Source: a virus (taxonomy: Duplodnaviria; Heunggongvirae; Uroviricota; Caudoviricetes). Taken from it: 64,000 bases of DNA. Below, piece after piece: positions 8,666-16,658 of this stretch. The notes beneath the pieces are model-generated. The model had not been told where the DNA came from. It saw only the letters and a program-made list of their open reading frames with translations, and searched no databases. Position 1 is the first letter of the stretch, and every line of letters starts with the position of its first letter. The stretch covers positions 298,811 to 362,810 of the IMG/VR virus record IMGVR_UViG_3300037466_002980, one strand, 5' to 3'. A program made the translations under genes and the position numbers.

Positions 8666-8923
8666 TTACAATAAGCTCAAATACAACGAAGTCTGGGGAT
8701 CGTAATTTTCCGTGAAGATGTAAATCTTCGGAGATGCCGGTCTTCCAGATTTCAGAATGCGAAGAACTCTACCTTCCATTGTCCAGTTGTCCCTGCCCTT
8801 GCCGACATTCTTGTTCAGCCAGTTGACAATCTTGTAGAAATGTTCCGTGTTACGGATACTGACACGGAAGGAGAACTTAGCCTGTTCTTCCTTCAAATTC
8901 GGGAGTGTTTGTTTGAGCGTCAT
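8666..8923 (-). CDS. hypothetical protein
   Basis: 85-aa ORF. Confidence 0.4.
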   Translation of the reverse strand: MTLKQTLPNLKEEQAKFSFRVSIRNTEHFYKIVNWLNKNVGKGRDNWTMEGRVLRILKSGRPASPKIYIFTENYDPQTSLYLSLL

Positions 8924-9080
8924 ATTAATAATATAATTTAATTCCTATTTGCCGTCAACCTTCAAACCAAAATTATATCAACCCCCATCCAGGTCTTGAA
9001 CCTGGCAGGTTCCGGCTGTTAGAACATAATTAGGGCCCTAAAAGCACATCAATTCGGAACCAGCATCCCCATTTGGGAGT

Positions 9081-9395
9081 CTAACCTTTATTCAGTCTTT
9101 CATTTGCTTGAAAAACTGCAAATTGATTTTCAGCTAATCTTGATGCAATGTATCTGTCTTTGTTTTCACCAAGATACTTCCAATTGTCAACAACCTCACC
9201 ATGCCTGGGCTTGGTGAAATAGCCATCCAAAAGATCATCAGTCATGCCATTGAAGAATCCTTCCAAACCATTTGTATCTTTCATACCGGCTTGAAAGAAA
9301 TATTTCTGTGTACCATCGGAAATTCTGGTAATGATGCTATGCGCACCAGAATTAGCAATATGAACTAGAAAGATATATTTACTTGAAAGTTTCAT
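9081..9395 (-). CDS. hypothetical protein
   Basis: 104-aa ORF. Confidence 0.4.
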   Translation of the reverse strand: MKLSSKYIFLVHIANSGAHSIITRISDGTQKYFFQAGMKDTNGLEGFFNGMTDDLLDGYFTKPRHGEVVDNWKYLGENKDRYIASRLAENQFAVFQANERLNKG

Positions 9396-9753
9396 TCTTT
9401 AGTTTAAGAAAAATCATTGATTTTTTTAATTCTGATTGAAGAAATAAGGCTGTGGCACGTGAGCACATATTTCTTTCTTTGAATTTATTTGATACTTCTT
9501 CCTCATCACGACAAAATGATATCGCAGATATCCATCTTTCACCGTTGCCAAATGGAGCATTGCAAATCCAGACAGTAATTCCGTTTATCCGGGCGGTGTA
9601 TTTGTCATGTAATTTTTCAATCTTTCCGTCCTTTAAGGAGTTCCAGAGAAAATCATCCCAACTAGAATCAAATGATGAACCGATTCGGATCCAGACACCC
9701 GGAGTCCAAAGCACCTTCAATCTGAAATAAAGCCTCAACCAATCAATTTTCAT
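9379..9753 (-). CDS. hypothetical protein
   Basis: 124-aa ORF; C-terminal 'SMIFLKLKNETFK' resembles the family motif. Confidence 0.4.
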   Translation of the reverse strand: MKIDWLRLYFRLKVLWTPGVWIRIGSSFDSSWDDFLWNSLKDGKIEKLHDKYTARINGITVWICNAPFGNGERWISAISFCRDEEEVSNKFKERNMCSRATALFLQSELKKSMIFLKLKNETFK

Positions 9754-9847
9754 ATTAGAGACTGTTCCAATCAGACTTGAACTGATTTTTCTCTTGGGGC
9801 CATATAATTCAAGACCTTGAATTAGTTCCCGGAACAGAAAATTTAAA

Positions 9848-9894
9848 AGTTCCTTGAAGGACTCGAACCTTCGTCGCAGGTTATATGAGAACCA
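9848..9894 (-). other. tRNA-like 3' half: anticodon arm with a Met-type CAT anticodon loop, variable loop, T arm and 3' acceptor strand
   Basis: minus strand reads TGGTT-CTCATAT-AACCT GCGAC GAAGG-TTCGAGT-CCTTC AAGGAAC T, canonical 5+7+5 / 5 / 5+7+5 / 7 geometry with no D-arm; a 6-of-7 match to the acceptor 5' strand (GTTCCTG) lies about 50 nt upstream. Confidence 0.35.
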
Positions 9895-10025
9895 CGATGC
9901 TACCGAGAAAAGTGCCGGATGCAGCCAACACAGTCATGCAGGAACTTACAGTACAGCACGAAAGAACCGTATTGTAAATTCCTATGCTGTAAGTTTATGT
10001 AATTCCTACAGCTTTGGTCAACTGG

Positions 10026-10355
10026 TTACTTGATTCGAAAAACCAGACTTGTTTTTGTCGAAACAATTTCAATATTATTTTCTTGAACAAATTTATTCAG
10101 ATCATTGAATTCACTGACGTTCTGGAGAAGATCTGCTTTCTGCGGATGACCGACCTTGATTGCTATAAATTCTTTCCTGCAATTCAGTTTCACGATGCTG
10201 CGAAAATATGCAGCGTGAGCTAGGCTTTTCAGCTGTTGGGCTTTCAAATGTTGTTCGTCTGTGAAGTTATTCCAATACAGCTTATTCTGCCTATCAATAT
10301 CGGCAAAAACGACTGCCGCCGGTTGGGAAGATTCGTCGATGTCCAAATGCTTCAT
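10026..10355 (-). CDS. hypothetical protein
   Basis: 109-aa ORF. Confidence 0.4.
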   Translation of the reverse strand: MKHLDIDESSQPAAVVFADIDRQNKLYWNNFTDEQHLKAQQLKSLAHAAYFRSIVKLNCRKEFIAIKVGHPQKADLLQNVSEFNDLNKFVQENNIEIVSTKTSLVFRIK

Positions 10356-10367
10356 TGTTGTCTCCTC

Positions 10368-10628
10368 TTAATTCACCCTATTCGCTGGATCCACATAGAT
10401 CTCACGAATATGTTCTGCAACAATTTCGTTATCTGTATGAATTTCAAAATTAGAAGTTCCACTAGCAGTGGATGTGAAAGATGCTCTATATAATTCATCT
10501 TTCCATTTTGTTAGATCATCAAGCAGTTTTCCTGTTGGAATTATATCTTTTACGGAAAAATAATCAATCTTAAACCCGAAACGTGTCTTTCGCGCTTTGA
10601 TTTCTCTAAATCCAGAGATATAATTCAT
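10368..10628 (-). CDS. hypothetical protein
   Basis: 86-aa ORF. Confidence 0.4.
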   Translation of the reverse strand: MNYISGFREIKARKTRFGFKIDYFSVKDIIPTGKLLDDLTKWKDELYRASFTSTASGTSNFEIHTDNEIVAEHIREIYVDPANRVN

Positions 10629-10837
10629 TAATAACTCCGTGTCAAAATAACACCTTCTTTTTTAGCATGTAGAAGGAATTCTATCCATTCCCATCCGTGT
10701 CTTTTACAAAATTCTAACCTTGCAAATGAAGAGCGAAATTCTCCCGCAAAATTAGTCTTATTGTATAGATCAAGAAGAACATAAAAATCAAGCCTTTTGA
10801 GCTTATTAAATGTATCCTCTTCTGTTTTGGTCTCCAT
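10628..10837 (-). CDS. divergent member of the 'MTEEDTF' family
   Basis: 'METKTEEDTFNKLKRLDF...KRHGWEWIEF'. Confidence 0.5.
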   Translation of the reverse strand: METKTEEDTFNKLKRLDFYVLLDLYNKTNFAGEFRSSFARLEFCKRHGWEWIEFLLHAKKEGVILTRSY

Positions 10838-11010
10838 TACCGATATTCCCTGCGCATTTTCTTCTTTGCGCGAATCATATCTTTTTCTTTGAATTTCTTT
10901 CGATCCTTTGGATGCACATACTCATCCTGATCGTAATCATCTTCATAATCGAAGTTATCTTCTTGATAATCTTCTTGATAATCTTCTTGATTAGGATTAT
11001 TCTGCTTCAT
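10837..11010 (-). CDS. acidic low-complexity mini-protein with QEDY repeats
   Basis: 57-aa ORF below the track cutoff; contains a 12-nt DNA tandem repeat (ATCTTCTTGATA)x3; TAATG junction with the next gene. Confidence 0.35.
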   Translation of the reverse strand: MKQNNPNQEDYQEDYQEDNFDYEDDYDQDEYVHPKDRKKFKEKDMIRAKKKMRREYR

Positions 11011-11076
11011 AGCCCACGATGCTGTTTTGCTGCCCTTATTTTATGTAATATCAAATAAAGTGTCAACAGGAGGTTG

Positions 11077-11484
11077 TTATTTCACTTCTTCAAATTCAAT
11101 ATTGTTCACATCGGAAAGTTTTGCCCAGAAACGCACTGGTCGTTTCGGAATTTTTTGTGTATAGGTAAAATCTTCTCTATCTCGGCCAGAAGCGAATTTG
11201 GTAGCAGTTTTCTGTATAACTCTTGGAGCAGTAGTCATACCCTTCCAAAGGAAGGTAACTGAATCAAACTCATCTTGACCTTTACGAATGTAAATACGGT
11301 CGATTTTTAATTCGGCCTGTGCTGGAATTACAACCTTGATTGCTGTATCACGGTCGTCCCATGGATCGCGTTTATCACCAACAATTTCCATTAATGTAGA
11401 ATTTCTGTCTTCAGCATATAGATTAAATTCCCAATCTTGGGTAAGACGAATAATATCGCCGATAGAAGGAATATAGAGTTTCAT
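11077..11484 (-). CDS. hypothetical protein
   Basis: 135-aa ORF. Confidence 0.45.
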   Translation of the reverse strand: MKLYIPSIGDIIRLTQDWEFNLYAEDRNSTLMEIVGDKRDPWDDRDTAIKVVIPAQAELKIDRIYIRKGQDEFDSVTFLWKGMTTAPRVIQKTATKFASGRDREDFTYTQKIPKRPVRFWAKLSDVNNIEFEEVK

Positions 11485-11852
11485 GATTTCAGACTTTCAG
11501 TTTCCAAATTAAATTCTGCCCATGCTTCGAAAAATTCCTCAGCAGTCCAATTTAATTCTGGAAGAACATCTTTAAGAGGTTTGCGTGGTAAACCAATATC
11601 GAGGATTTCAGAAAATGATTTCCGTTTTAATTTTCTTATTACATCATCTTCGGTTGTATATTTAAATTTTTTCGAAACCTTTTCAAAATTTTGATCGGTT
11701 GTATAATACAGAATAGAACCTATATCACCCTGGATTGAGGATTCATAAATACCGGCCTGCATTGTACCGTTGTTAAGAACGTGAATTACAATTGCCCTAG
11801 CAGATCCTTTAAAAAGGGCAATTCTATCACCGATTTTATATTTTGATTCCAT
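11481..11852 (-). CDS. hypothetical protein with an 'MTEEDTF'-family-like module in its C-terminal half
   Basis: internal 'TTEDDVIRKLKRKSFSEILD...NWTAEEF'; ATGA overlap with its neighbour. Confidence 0.45.
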   Translation of the reverse strand: MESKYKIGDRIALFKGSARAIVIHVLNNGTMQAGIYESSIQGDIGSILYYTTDQNFEKVSKKFKYTTEDDVIRKLKRKSFSEILDIGLPRKPLKDVLPELNWTAEEFFEAWAEFNLETESLKS

Positions 11853-12069
11853 TTTGGTTCTTCATCCTCTGGAAATCTTGTTCCCTTTGTGTATTAATAG
11901 TAATCACCCATTCATTCCAAGTCCAGCCATGTTGTTTGAAAAATTCTTCACGGTCTGTATTATAACTATCCTGAATGAATGACTTGTCAGCTATCCAACC
12001 ACTAAAAAGACGTGTAATATCATCCAATGGAATTTGTTTTAATTTCTTAAATGTATCTTCTTCAGTCAT
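11836..12069 (-). CDS. MTEEDTF-family small protein
   Basis: 'MTEEDTFKKLKQIP...HGWTWNEW'. Confidence 0.55.
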   Translation of the reverse strand: MTEEDTFKKLKQIPLDDITRLFSGWIADKSFIQDSYNTDREEFFKQHGWTWNEWVITINTQREQDFQRMKNQNGIKI

Positions 12070-12326
12070 TTAAAGAATTCTTTCATAAATTCATCAAAGT
12101 CCCATCCGTGTGGATCTAGAAATTCACGACATATTTCTTTTTGTTTTCCACTGTTCCACCATCTATTACATTCTCTTCGAATCCAGAATTCTTGAAAAGG
12201 CTCAACAATATCTTCAAACGGAGTTCTTTTCAAACGTTCAAATGTCTTCTCTGAATTGTCGTTCACGAGCTGTTCGGTAATATTCTGACCAGGTCCATCC
12301 ATGTTTAGCAAGTAATGAATTAACAT
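12066..12326 (-). CDS. MTEEDTF-family small protein; the true start is probably downstream at GTG 12266
   Basis: 'SEKTFERLKRTPFED...HGWDFDEF'. Confidence 0.5.
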   Translation of the reverse strand: MLIHYLLNMDGPGQNITEQLVNDNSEKTFERLKRTPFEDIVEPFQEFWIRRECNRWWNSGKQKEICREFLDPHGWDFDEFMKEFFK

Positions 12327-12492
12327 TATCCGAAGTTAATGGTGTATTTCTAAGTATTTCTTGAAATTCATCAAATGGTGTTTGTCTTAATTTTCTTAAT
12401 AATTCTTCTTCATTAGACACTTTTATTCTCTTCTCTCCATTGTCTAAAATATTCATTCTTTTCTTTTTCATATTCGACAGAATTCCATCCAT
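12238..12492 (-). CDS. MTEEDTF-family small protein; the probable start is GTG at 12420, tiled as GTGTCTAA on the previous gene's stop
   Basis: 'SNEEELLRKLRQTPFDEF...HGWTWSEY'. Confidence 0.5.
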   Translation of the reverse strand: MDGILSNMKKKRMNILDNGEKRIKVSNEEELLRKLRQTPFDEFQEILRNTPLTSDNVNSLLAKHGWTWSEYYRTARERQFREDI

Positions 12493-12631
12493 GCACCCTT
12501 AGAAGATTCAGATTCGAATCGAAACGTTCTTGATTAGATCCATGCCTCTTCATATTATTTTGATTAATAATTGCAATTATGTCCTCAATAGGACTTCTTC
12601 TCAATCGATTGAATGTATCATCTTCAGTCAT
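12413..12631 (-). CDS. MTEEDTF-family small protein
   Basis: internal start 'MTEDDTFNRLRRSPIEDI...HGWNSVEY'; ATGA junction. Confidence 0.55.
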   Translation of the reverse strand: MTEDDTFNRLRRSPIEDIIAIINQNNMKRHGSNQERFDSNLNLLRVHGWNSVEYEKEKNEYFRQWREENKSV

Positions 12632-12825
12632 TTTATAAGATAAGTTCTTTTCCAATGCATAACCCTAGCAGTTTCATATTCGTCGGGATTCCATCCATTT
12701 GCCCTAAGAAGTCTTATATTTCTTTCAAAAGAAACTCCCGCTTCTATGTTTGATTTCTGAATTATCTCTATCATTTCTCCAATAGGAGTTCTTCTCAATC
12801 GATTGAATGTATCATCTTCAGTCAT
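12628..12825 (-). CDS. MTEEDTF-family small protein
   Basis: 'MTEDDTFNRLRRTPIGEM...NGWNPDEY'. Confidence 0.55.
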   Translation of the reverse strand: MTEDDTFNRLRRTPIGEMIEIIQKSNIEAGVSFERNIRLLRANGWNPDEYETARVMHWKRTYLIK

Positions 12826-13012
12826 TTTGTTGCCTATATTCTACGTATTCGTAGTAGGTCCACTTATATTGTTGAAAGAAGGTATCCACCTTTTTGTCCC
12901 AGTCTTTGCTATTAAGAGAAAAACCAACACTTAGTAACCAAGCATGATACTTGGTTTTCATTTCAATGAATGGAATTCTATTCAAAACTTTGAAGGTATC
13001 GTCCTCAGTCAT
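12818..13012 (-). CDS. MTEEDTF-family small protein
   Basis: 'MTEDDTFKVLNRIPFIEM...YKWTYYEY'; 8-nt overlap. Confidence 0.55.
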   Translation of the reverse strand: MTEDDTFKVLNRIPFIEMKTKYHAWLLSVGFSLNSKDWDKKVDTFFQQYKWTYYEYVEYRQQND

Positions 13013-13015
13013 ATC

Positions 13016-13201
13016 TTATAATCGATAAAGATAATCGTGCCAGGTCCATCCATGTTCTTCAAAAAACGAATTTCTTTTTTTGTAAAAGTCGGACGTCGGA
13101 GTAACAAAGTCAATATTCTCTGAAAACCATTTAAGGTAAAGAATTTTCATTTCTTGAAAAGAAACTTTTTTCAATCTTAGAAATGTATCTTCTTCAGTCA
13201 T
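13016..13201 (-). CDS. MTEEDTF-family small protein
   Basis: 'MTEEDTFLRLKKVSFQEM...HGWTWHDY'. Confidence 0.55.
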   Translation of the reverse strand: MTEEDTFLRLKKVSFQEMKILYLKWFSENIDFVTPTSDFYKKRNSFFEEHGWTWHDYLYRL

Positions 13202-13400
13202 AGAGTGTAGATCCAGCCTATCTTCTCTACCATCAATTTTGCCCTCTTGAGGCAGATGGTTTGAATATAGAGATACCAGGCTGTTGGAATAGGCATTGCT
13301 TGAACCAAGATGGCGATGGTAGTATAGGATTTGAATGCTTGAATATATATCTTCGCAAAGATATATTGAAGGATTGGTTTCACACGAATAGTGATTTGCA

Positions 13401-13625
13401 TTATTTCCCCATGAAACGTTGAACCAACATTACGGCCTGCTGGGTAGATATGTTCTGAACAGTCATACCTTTGGCACGATATTCTGAAAGACGTTTGTTG
13501 GTTTCGATTATACCATCCACTAGATGAATATTCTGACCATCGTAGATCATCCAATGAGAATTGGATGCACCGGGTAATTCCGGACGCAACATCGAAAGAA
13601 GAACAGTTTTCATTTCAATACTCAA
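13401..13625 (-). CDS. hypothetical protein
   Basis: 74-aa ORF; preferred over the overlapping 13198..13554 ORF, which has odd composition. Confidence 0.35.
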   Translation of the reverse strand: MSIEMKTVLLSMLRPELPGASNSHWMIYDGQNIHLVDGIIETNKRLSEYRAKGMTVQNISTQQAVMLVQRFMGK

Positions 13626-13821
13626 CGTGACCGTTAATCTCTACATAGACGATGGCTTCGCCATATTCGGCTGACAGATGTTCTTTGATGAATTTAATTA
13701 CATTCTTTTCGTTGTATTCGCTGATATAAGGAACTATAGCAATTCCATCTTTTTCGGAAAGGGTCTTGAAGGTTGTCCTAATCTTCCCGTCATCGACACA
13801 ACGTCTAAACCAATCAGGCAT
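13615..13821 (-). CDS. hypothetical protein
   Basis: 68-aa ORF. Confidence 0.4.
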   Translation of the reverse strand: MPDWFRRCVDDGKIRTTFKTLSEKDGIAIVPYISEYNEKNVIKFIKEHLSAEYGEAIVYVEINGHVEY

Positions 13822-13902
13822 AGAATTTCCTATACATCAGCAGGTAGAAATGTGACTTAAAAACACATTATGGGATGCACTTATATAATGATGCATCATA
13901 CC

Positions 13903-14202
13903 TTACCAATATTCGGCATCCTTCTTATCTTTTTCAATTCTCTTTTCGCATTCTTGTTCGATTTGTTTGCGAATTTCGATCATGTTATGATAATCTGCTA
14001 AACACATTGGATCGAAGTGTGGATCTTTCATACTCTCCTCCATGCGTTTGGTTTCTTGTTTATGATTGTCAAGAAGGAGATGAATCAGAAAACTGTCTGC
14101 ACAGTTTTTCATAATTCTTTCACATTGTTCAGTCTGATCTTCGTAAGTCATAATAAATTGTATTCCAGATCGGTCAATTCTGGTCCACTTGCTGTGCTCC
14201 AA
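13903..14202 (-). CDS. hypothetical protein
   Basis: 99-aa ORF. Confidence 0.4.
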   Translation of the reverse strand: MEHSKWTRIDRSGIQFIMTYEDQTEQCERIMKNCADSFLIHLLLDNHKQETKRMEESMKDPHFDPMCLADYHNMIEIRKQIEQECEKRIEKDKKDAEYW

Positions 14203-14359
14203 GCTTCAAATGGAGATAACGATTATGTTAGTGAGTATGCCAAAAACCTTACACCAAATACAAAATAGATCGGTAGAAATATATATTCATTTTATGAATA
14301 TATACTAAGGATATTAACAGTCACCATTTGGTATATTCCATTAATATCATACCAATTTC

Positions 14360-14451
14360 TGGTGCCCCGAGCCGGACTCGAACCGGCACGCCGCGATCAG
14401 GCAAGCGAGGGATTTTAAGTCCCTTGTGTCTACCAATTTCACCACCGGGGC
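14360..14451 (-). tRNA. tRNA-Leu (anticodon TAA), type II with a long variable arm; CCA is encoded
   Basis: reverse complement reads GCCCCGG TG GTGA AATTGGTAGA CACA AGGGA-CTTAAAA-TCCCT CGCTTGCCTGATCGCGGCGTG CCGG-TTCGAGT-CCGG CTCGGGGC A CCA; cloverleaf folded by hand. Confidence 0.8.
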
Positions 14452-14469
14452 AAATTTTTAACAGTCTTT

Positions 14470-14498
14470 ATTTTAGACTTATTCCTAAAAGCCGTCAA
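14470..14498 (-). promoter_or_regulatory. sigma70-like promoter for tRNA-Leu: TTGACG, 17-nt spacer, TAAAAT
   Basis: -35 element at 14493-14498 and -10 element at 14470-14475 on the minus strand, about 19 nt upstream of the tRNA 5' end. Confidence 0.45.
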
Positions 14499-14502
14499 AT
14501 AC

Positions 14503-14700
14503 TCATTGTCGGTGTTTTTCCAATTCCTTCTTTTCTTTTTTCCATTCTTGTTTAGCCTGTTCCTTAGTTTCACCGATGCCGGTTACAAGGTAATTTGGAT
14601 TTTCGTTTGATTGGCAATACCAATTATTGTTCGCATAGAACATGCAGAATTCTTCTTTCATGATTATTCCTAAATATGCTTTCTTACTATTGAGAAGCAT
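14503..14700 (-). CDS. hypothetical protein
   Basis: 65-aa ORF; 'WYCQSNENPNY'. Confidence 0.35.
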   Translation of the reverse strand: MLLNSKKAYLGIIMKEEFCMFYANNNWYCQSNENPNYLVTGIGETKEQAKQEWKKEKKELEKHRQ

Positions 14701-14715
14701 ATTTACCGGAATAAT

Positions 14716-15333
14716 TTATTTTCCTAATGTTATTTCCATCTCTTGAATAAAAATCTTATCGAGTTGTTTTTGATTTTCATCTTCCCATAGAAATTCATGA
14801 TGCATACCTCGATGAGGTTTTCCACTCAATTTAGCTATTAATTTTCCTTCATCATAGAGCTTATTTTCATCAATGAATGGCCAATCTAGATCGAAAAATC
14901 GATAATCCCAACTATAACAATGGTTTGATACCTTAGAATAATATTTACTGCCGGAAGAATATATTAATCCTAAGATTCTTTCCCAGGGTCCACTATAAGA
15001 ACCATATCCACCTGTGCCTGTGTATGTCATGGTAGGACCAAATGGACTACTTCCAAATTGGTTAGGTTTATCTTCATATCGAATCCAAACTCTTCCTGAC
15101 CAACCGGGTCCATCATGCGATTTATAATAATGATGGAGTTTTTCCATGCGACATATTTGCCATTGAAATCCAACTACCTTATAATTCTTATATTTCTTTC
15201 TAGGACGATCATATCCGGTGTTTTCTTGATTATTGATAACCGCAATTATGCATTGAGCCAATTCGTCTAGGCTCTCTGGTTCTTTTCCAAAGACATCTAA
15301 AATTCTTTGCTTTGCAGGAGAAATAATATCCAT
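14716..15333 (-). CDS. Gly/Tyr/Ser-rich hypothetical protein
   Basis: 205-aa ORF; 'TYTGTGGYGSYSGPW'. Confidence 0.45.
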   Translation of the reverse strand: MDIISPAKQRILDVFGKEPESLDELAQCIIAVINNQENTGYDRPRKKYKNYKVVGFQWQICRMEKLHHYYKSHDGPGWSGRVWIRYEDKPNQFGSSPFGPTMTYTGTGGYGSYSGPWERILGLIYSSGSKYYSKVSNHCYSWDYRFFDLDWPFIDENKLYDEGKLIAKLSGKPHRGMHHEFLWEDENQKQLDKIFIQEMEITLGK

Positions 15334-15334
15334 A

Positions 15335-15556
15335 TCAATACCTTAGATTAAACATAACAATATCTTCTTCGGTCGGAAAGACAACCATCCAACCTCTATC
15401 CTCGACATACTTTTCATAGATATTATATTTCTGAAGTTCTTGTGATAAATCATCGTTGGTTATAATATGAAAATTACCAATCTTACTTTCAACCTTATCC
15501 CACATTCTAGCATAGGCACGAATAATTCTTTCATCGTGGATACTAATTTCAATCAT
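15335..15556 (-). CDS. WW-array small protein of the terminal-motif family
   Basis: 'MIEISIHDERII...RGWMVVFPTEEDIVMFNLRY'. Confidence 0.55.
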   Translation of the reverse strand: MIEISIHDERIIRAYARMWDKVESKIGNFHIITNDDLSQELQKYNIYEKYVEDRGWMVVFPTEEDIVMFNLRY

Positions 15557-15557
15557 A

Positions 15558-15761
15558 TTAATTCTTTAGAATAAACATGATCAGATCTTCTTCATTTTCA
15601 AAGATAAGATACCAACCATATGCTCCTCGTTTGAAATTACAATTATACTTTTTCAATTCGTCGGTAATAAAATCAATTACATCCGATGTTTGAATACCTT
15701 TGTGCCAAATCCTATGATATTGTTTTGCTACCCTCAAATCATCAATGCTAATCTCTACCAT
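15558..15761 (-). CDS. WW-array small protein of the terminal-motif family
   Basis: '...YNCNF..GWYLIFENEEDLIMFILKN'; 2-nt spacing from its neighbour. Confidence 0.55.
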   Translation of the reverse strand: MVEISIDDLRVAKQYHRIWHKGIQTSDVIDFITDELKKYNCNFKRGAYGWYLIFENEEDLIMFILKN

Positions 15762-15762
15762 A

Positions 15763-15972
15763 TCAATTTAATAATATAAAAGCAAGTGCATCTTCTTCAT
15801 TATCGAAGCAGAGCCACCATTCTCCATCTTCATATTCAAACTTGCAATTATATTTTCTTAATTCTTTTTTTAGTTGTTCGATTCTAAATTCAAGACGTAC
15901 ATCAACAACAAGATCGAATATCTTATCATAGAAATTTACTACCTTAGGATCATGAATTCTAAATTTAACCAT
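15763..15972 (-). CDS. WW-array small protein of the terminal-motif family
   Basis: '...YNCKF..WWLCFDNEEDALAFILLN'. Confidence 0.55.
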   Translation of the reverse strand: MVKFRIHDPKVVNFYDKIFDLVVDVRLEFRIEQLKKELRKYNCKFEYEDGEWWLCFDNEEDALAFILLN

Positions 15973-15973
15973 T

Positions 15974-16183
15974 TTAATTCAATAATAGAAAGGCAACTGC
16001 ATCTTGTTCATTCTCGAAGCAAAGCCACCAGCGATCATCATGCCATTGAAAGAAACAATTATATTGATATAATTCCTCCCTCAAAAGTTCAATTCTATAT
16101 CCTGGAGATGCATTACGGATATTATCGTATATCTTATCATAGATATTCGATATTTTCGGATCATTAATGTGATATTCAATCAT
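15974..16183 (-). CDS. WW-array small protein of the terminal-motif family
   Basis: '...YNCFF..WWLCFENEQDAVAFLLLN'. Confidence 0.55.
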   Translation of the reverse strand: MIEYHINDPKISNIYDKIYDNIRNASPGYRIELLREELYQYNCFFQWHDDRWWLCFENEQDAVAFLLLN

Positions 16184-16184
16184 A

Positions 16185-16397
16185 CTAATTCAATAATAGA
16201 AATAAGATCGCATCTTCTTCTCTTTCAAATTGAAGCCACCATGTTCCACCATCAAATGTAAAATCACATTTGTATTTTTTGAATTCTTCTACTAAGGCTG
16301 GAATTTCAACCAATCTGGGGCTACAGCCTTGAACATCACTGTAAATTTTCACATATATATTAGATATTCGTATATCATTAATTTGATATTTTAGCAT
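16185..16397 (-). CDS. WW-array small protein of the terminal-motif family
   Basis: '...YKCDF..WWLQFEREEDAILFLLLN'. Confidence 0.55.
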   Translation of the reverse strand: MLKYQINDIRISNIYVKIYSDVQGCSPRLVEIPALVEEFKKYKCDFTFDGGTWWLQFEREEDAILFLLLN

Positions 16398-16415
16398 TTT
16401 TAAGCAGTATCAGAA

Positions 16416-16658
16416 TCAAGTAACCTGTTCAGTTTCGAAATCATAAATTATCTTAAATCTTAGAACATCGTTTTCGTCTTGAAATTTTATTCCGAGGTTG
16501 TAATCCGGTGGACCTTTGTATAAGAAAAGCGAAGCATTGAAATCTTTTAAGACTTCGTCCATTTCGAAACCCGATGGTCCATGCCCAAGTTTTTTCTTAA
16601 CAATATTCCAGAATCTCCGATATGTCTCACTATCCCTTAGAATTATTGTGGAGTCCAT
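16416..16658 (-). CDS. small protein of the terminal-motif family
   Basis: 'FQDENDVLRFKIIYDF'. Confidence 0.5.
   Translation of the reverse strand: MDSTIILRDSETYRRFWNIVKKKLGHGPSGFEMDEVLKDFNASLFLYKGPPDYNLGIKFQDENDVLRFKIIYDFETEQVT

Noticed and set aside
8930-9080. possible tRNA at the CCAGG-TTCAAGA-CCTGG hairpin and the 7-bp GGTTCCG...CGGAACC stem
   Set aside because: The T-arm-like hairpin lacks a matching acceptor stem or anticodon arm, and the 7-bp stem encloses only 39 nt. More likely terminator or attenuator-type hairpins.
13198-13554. 118-aa minus-strand ORF
   Set aside because: Overlaps the better-looking 13401..13625 ORF in another frame and has odd composition. A short real ORF in 13201-13400 is possible.
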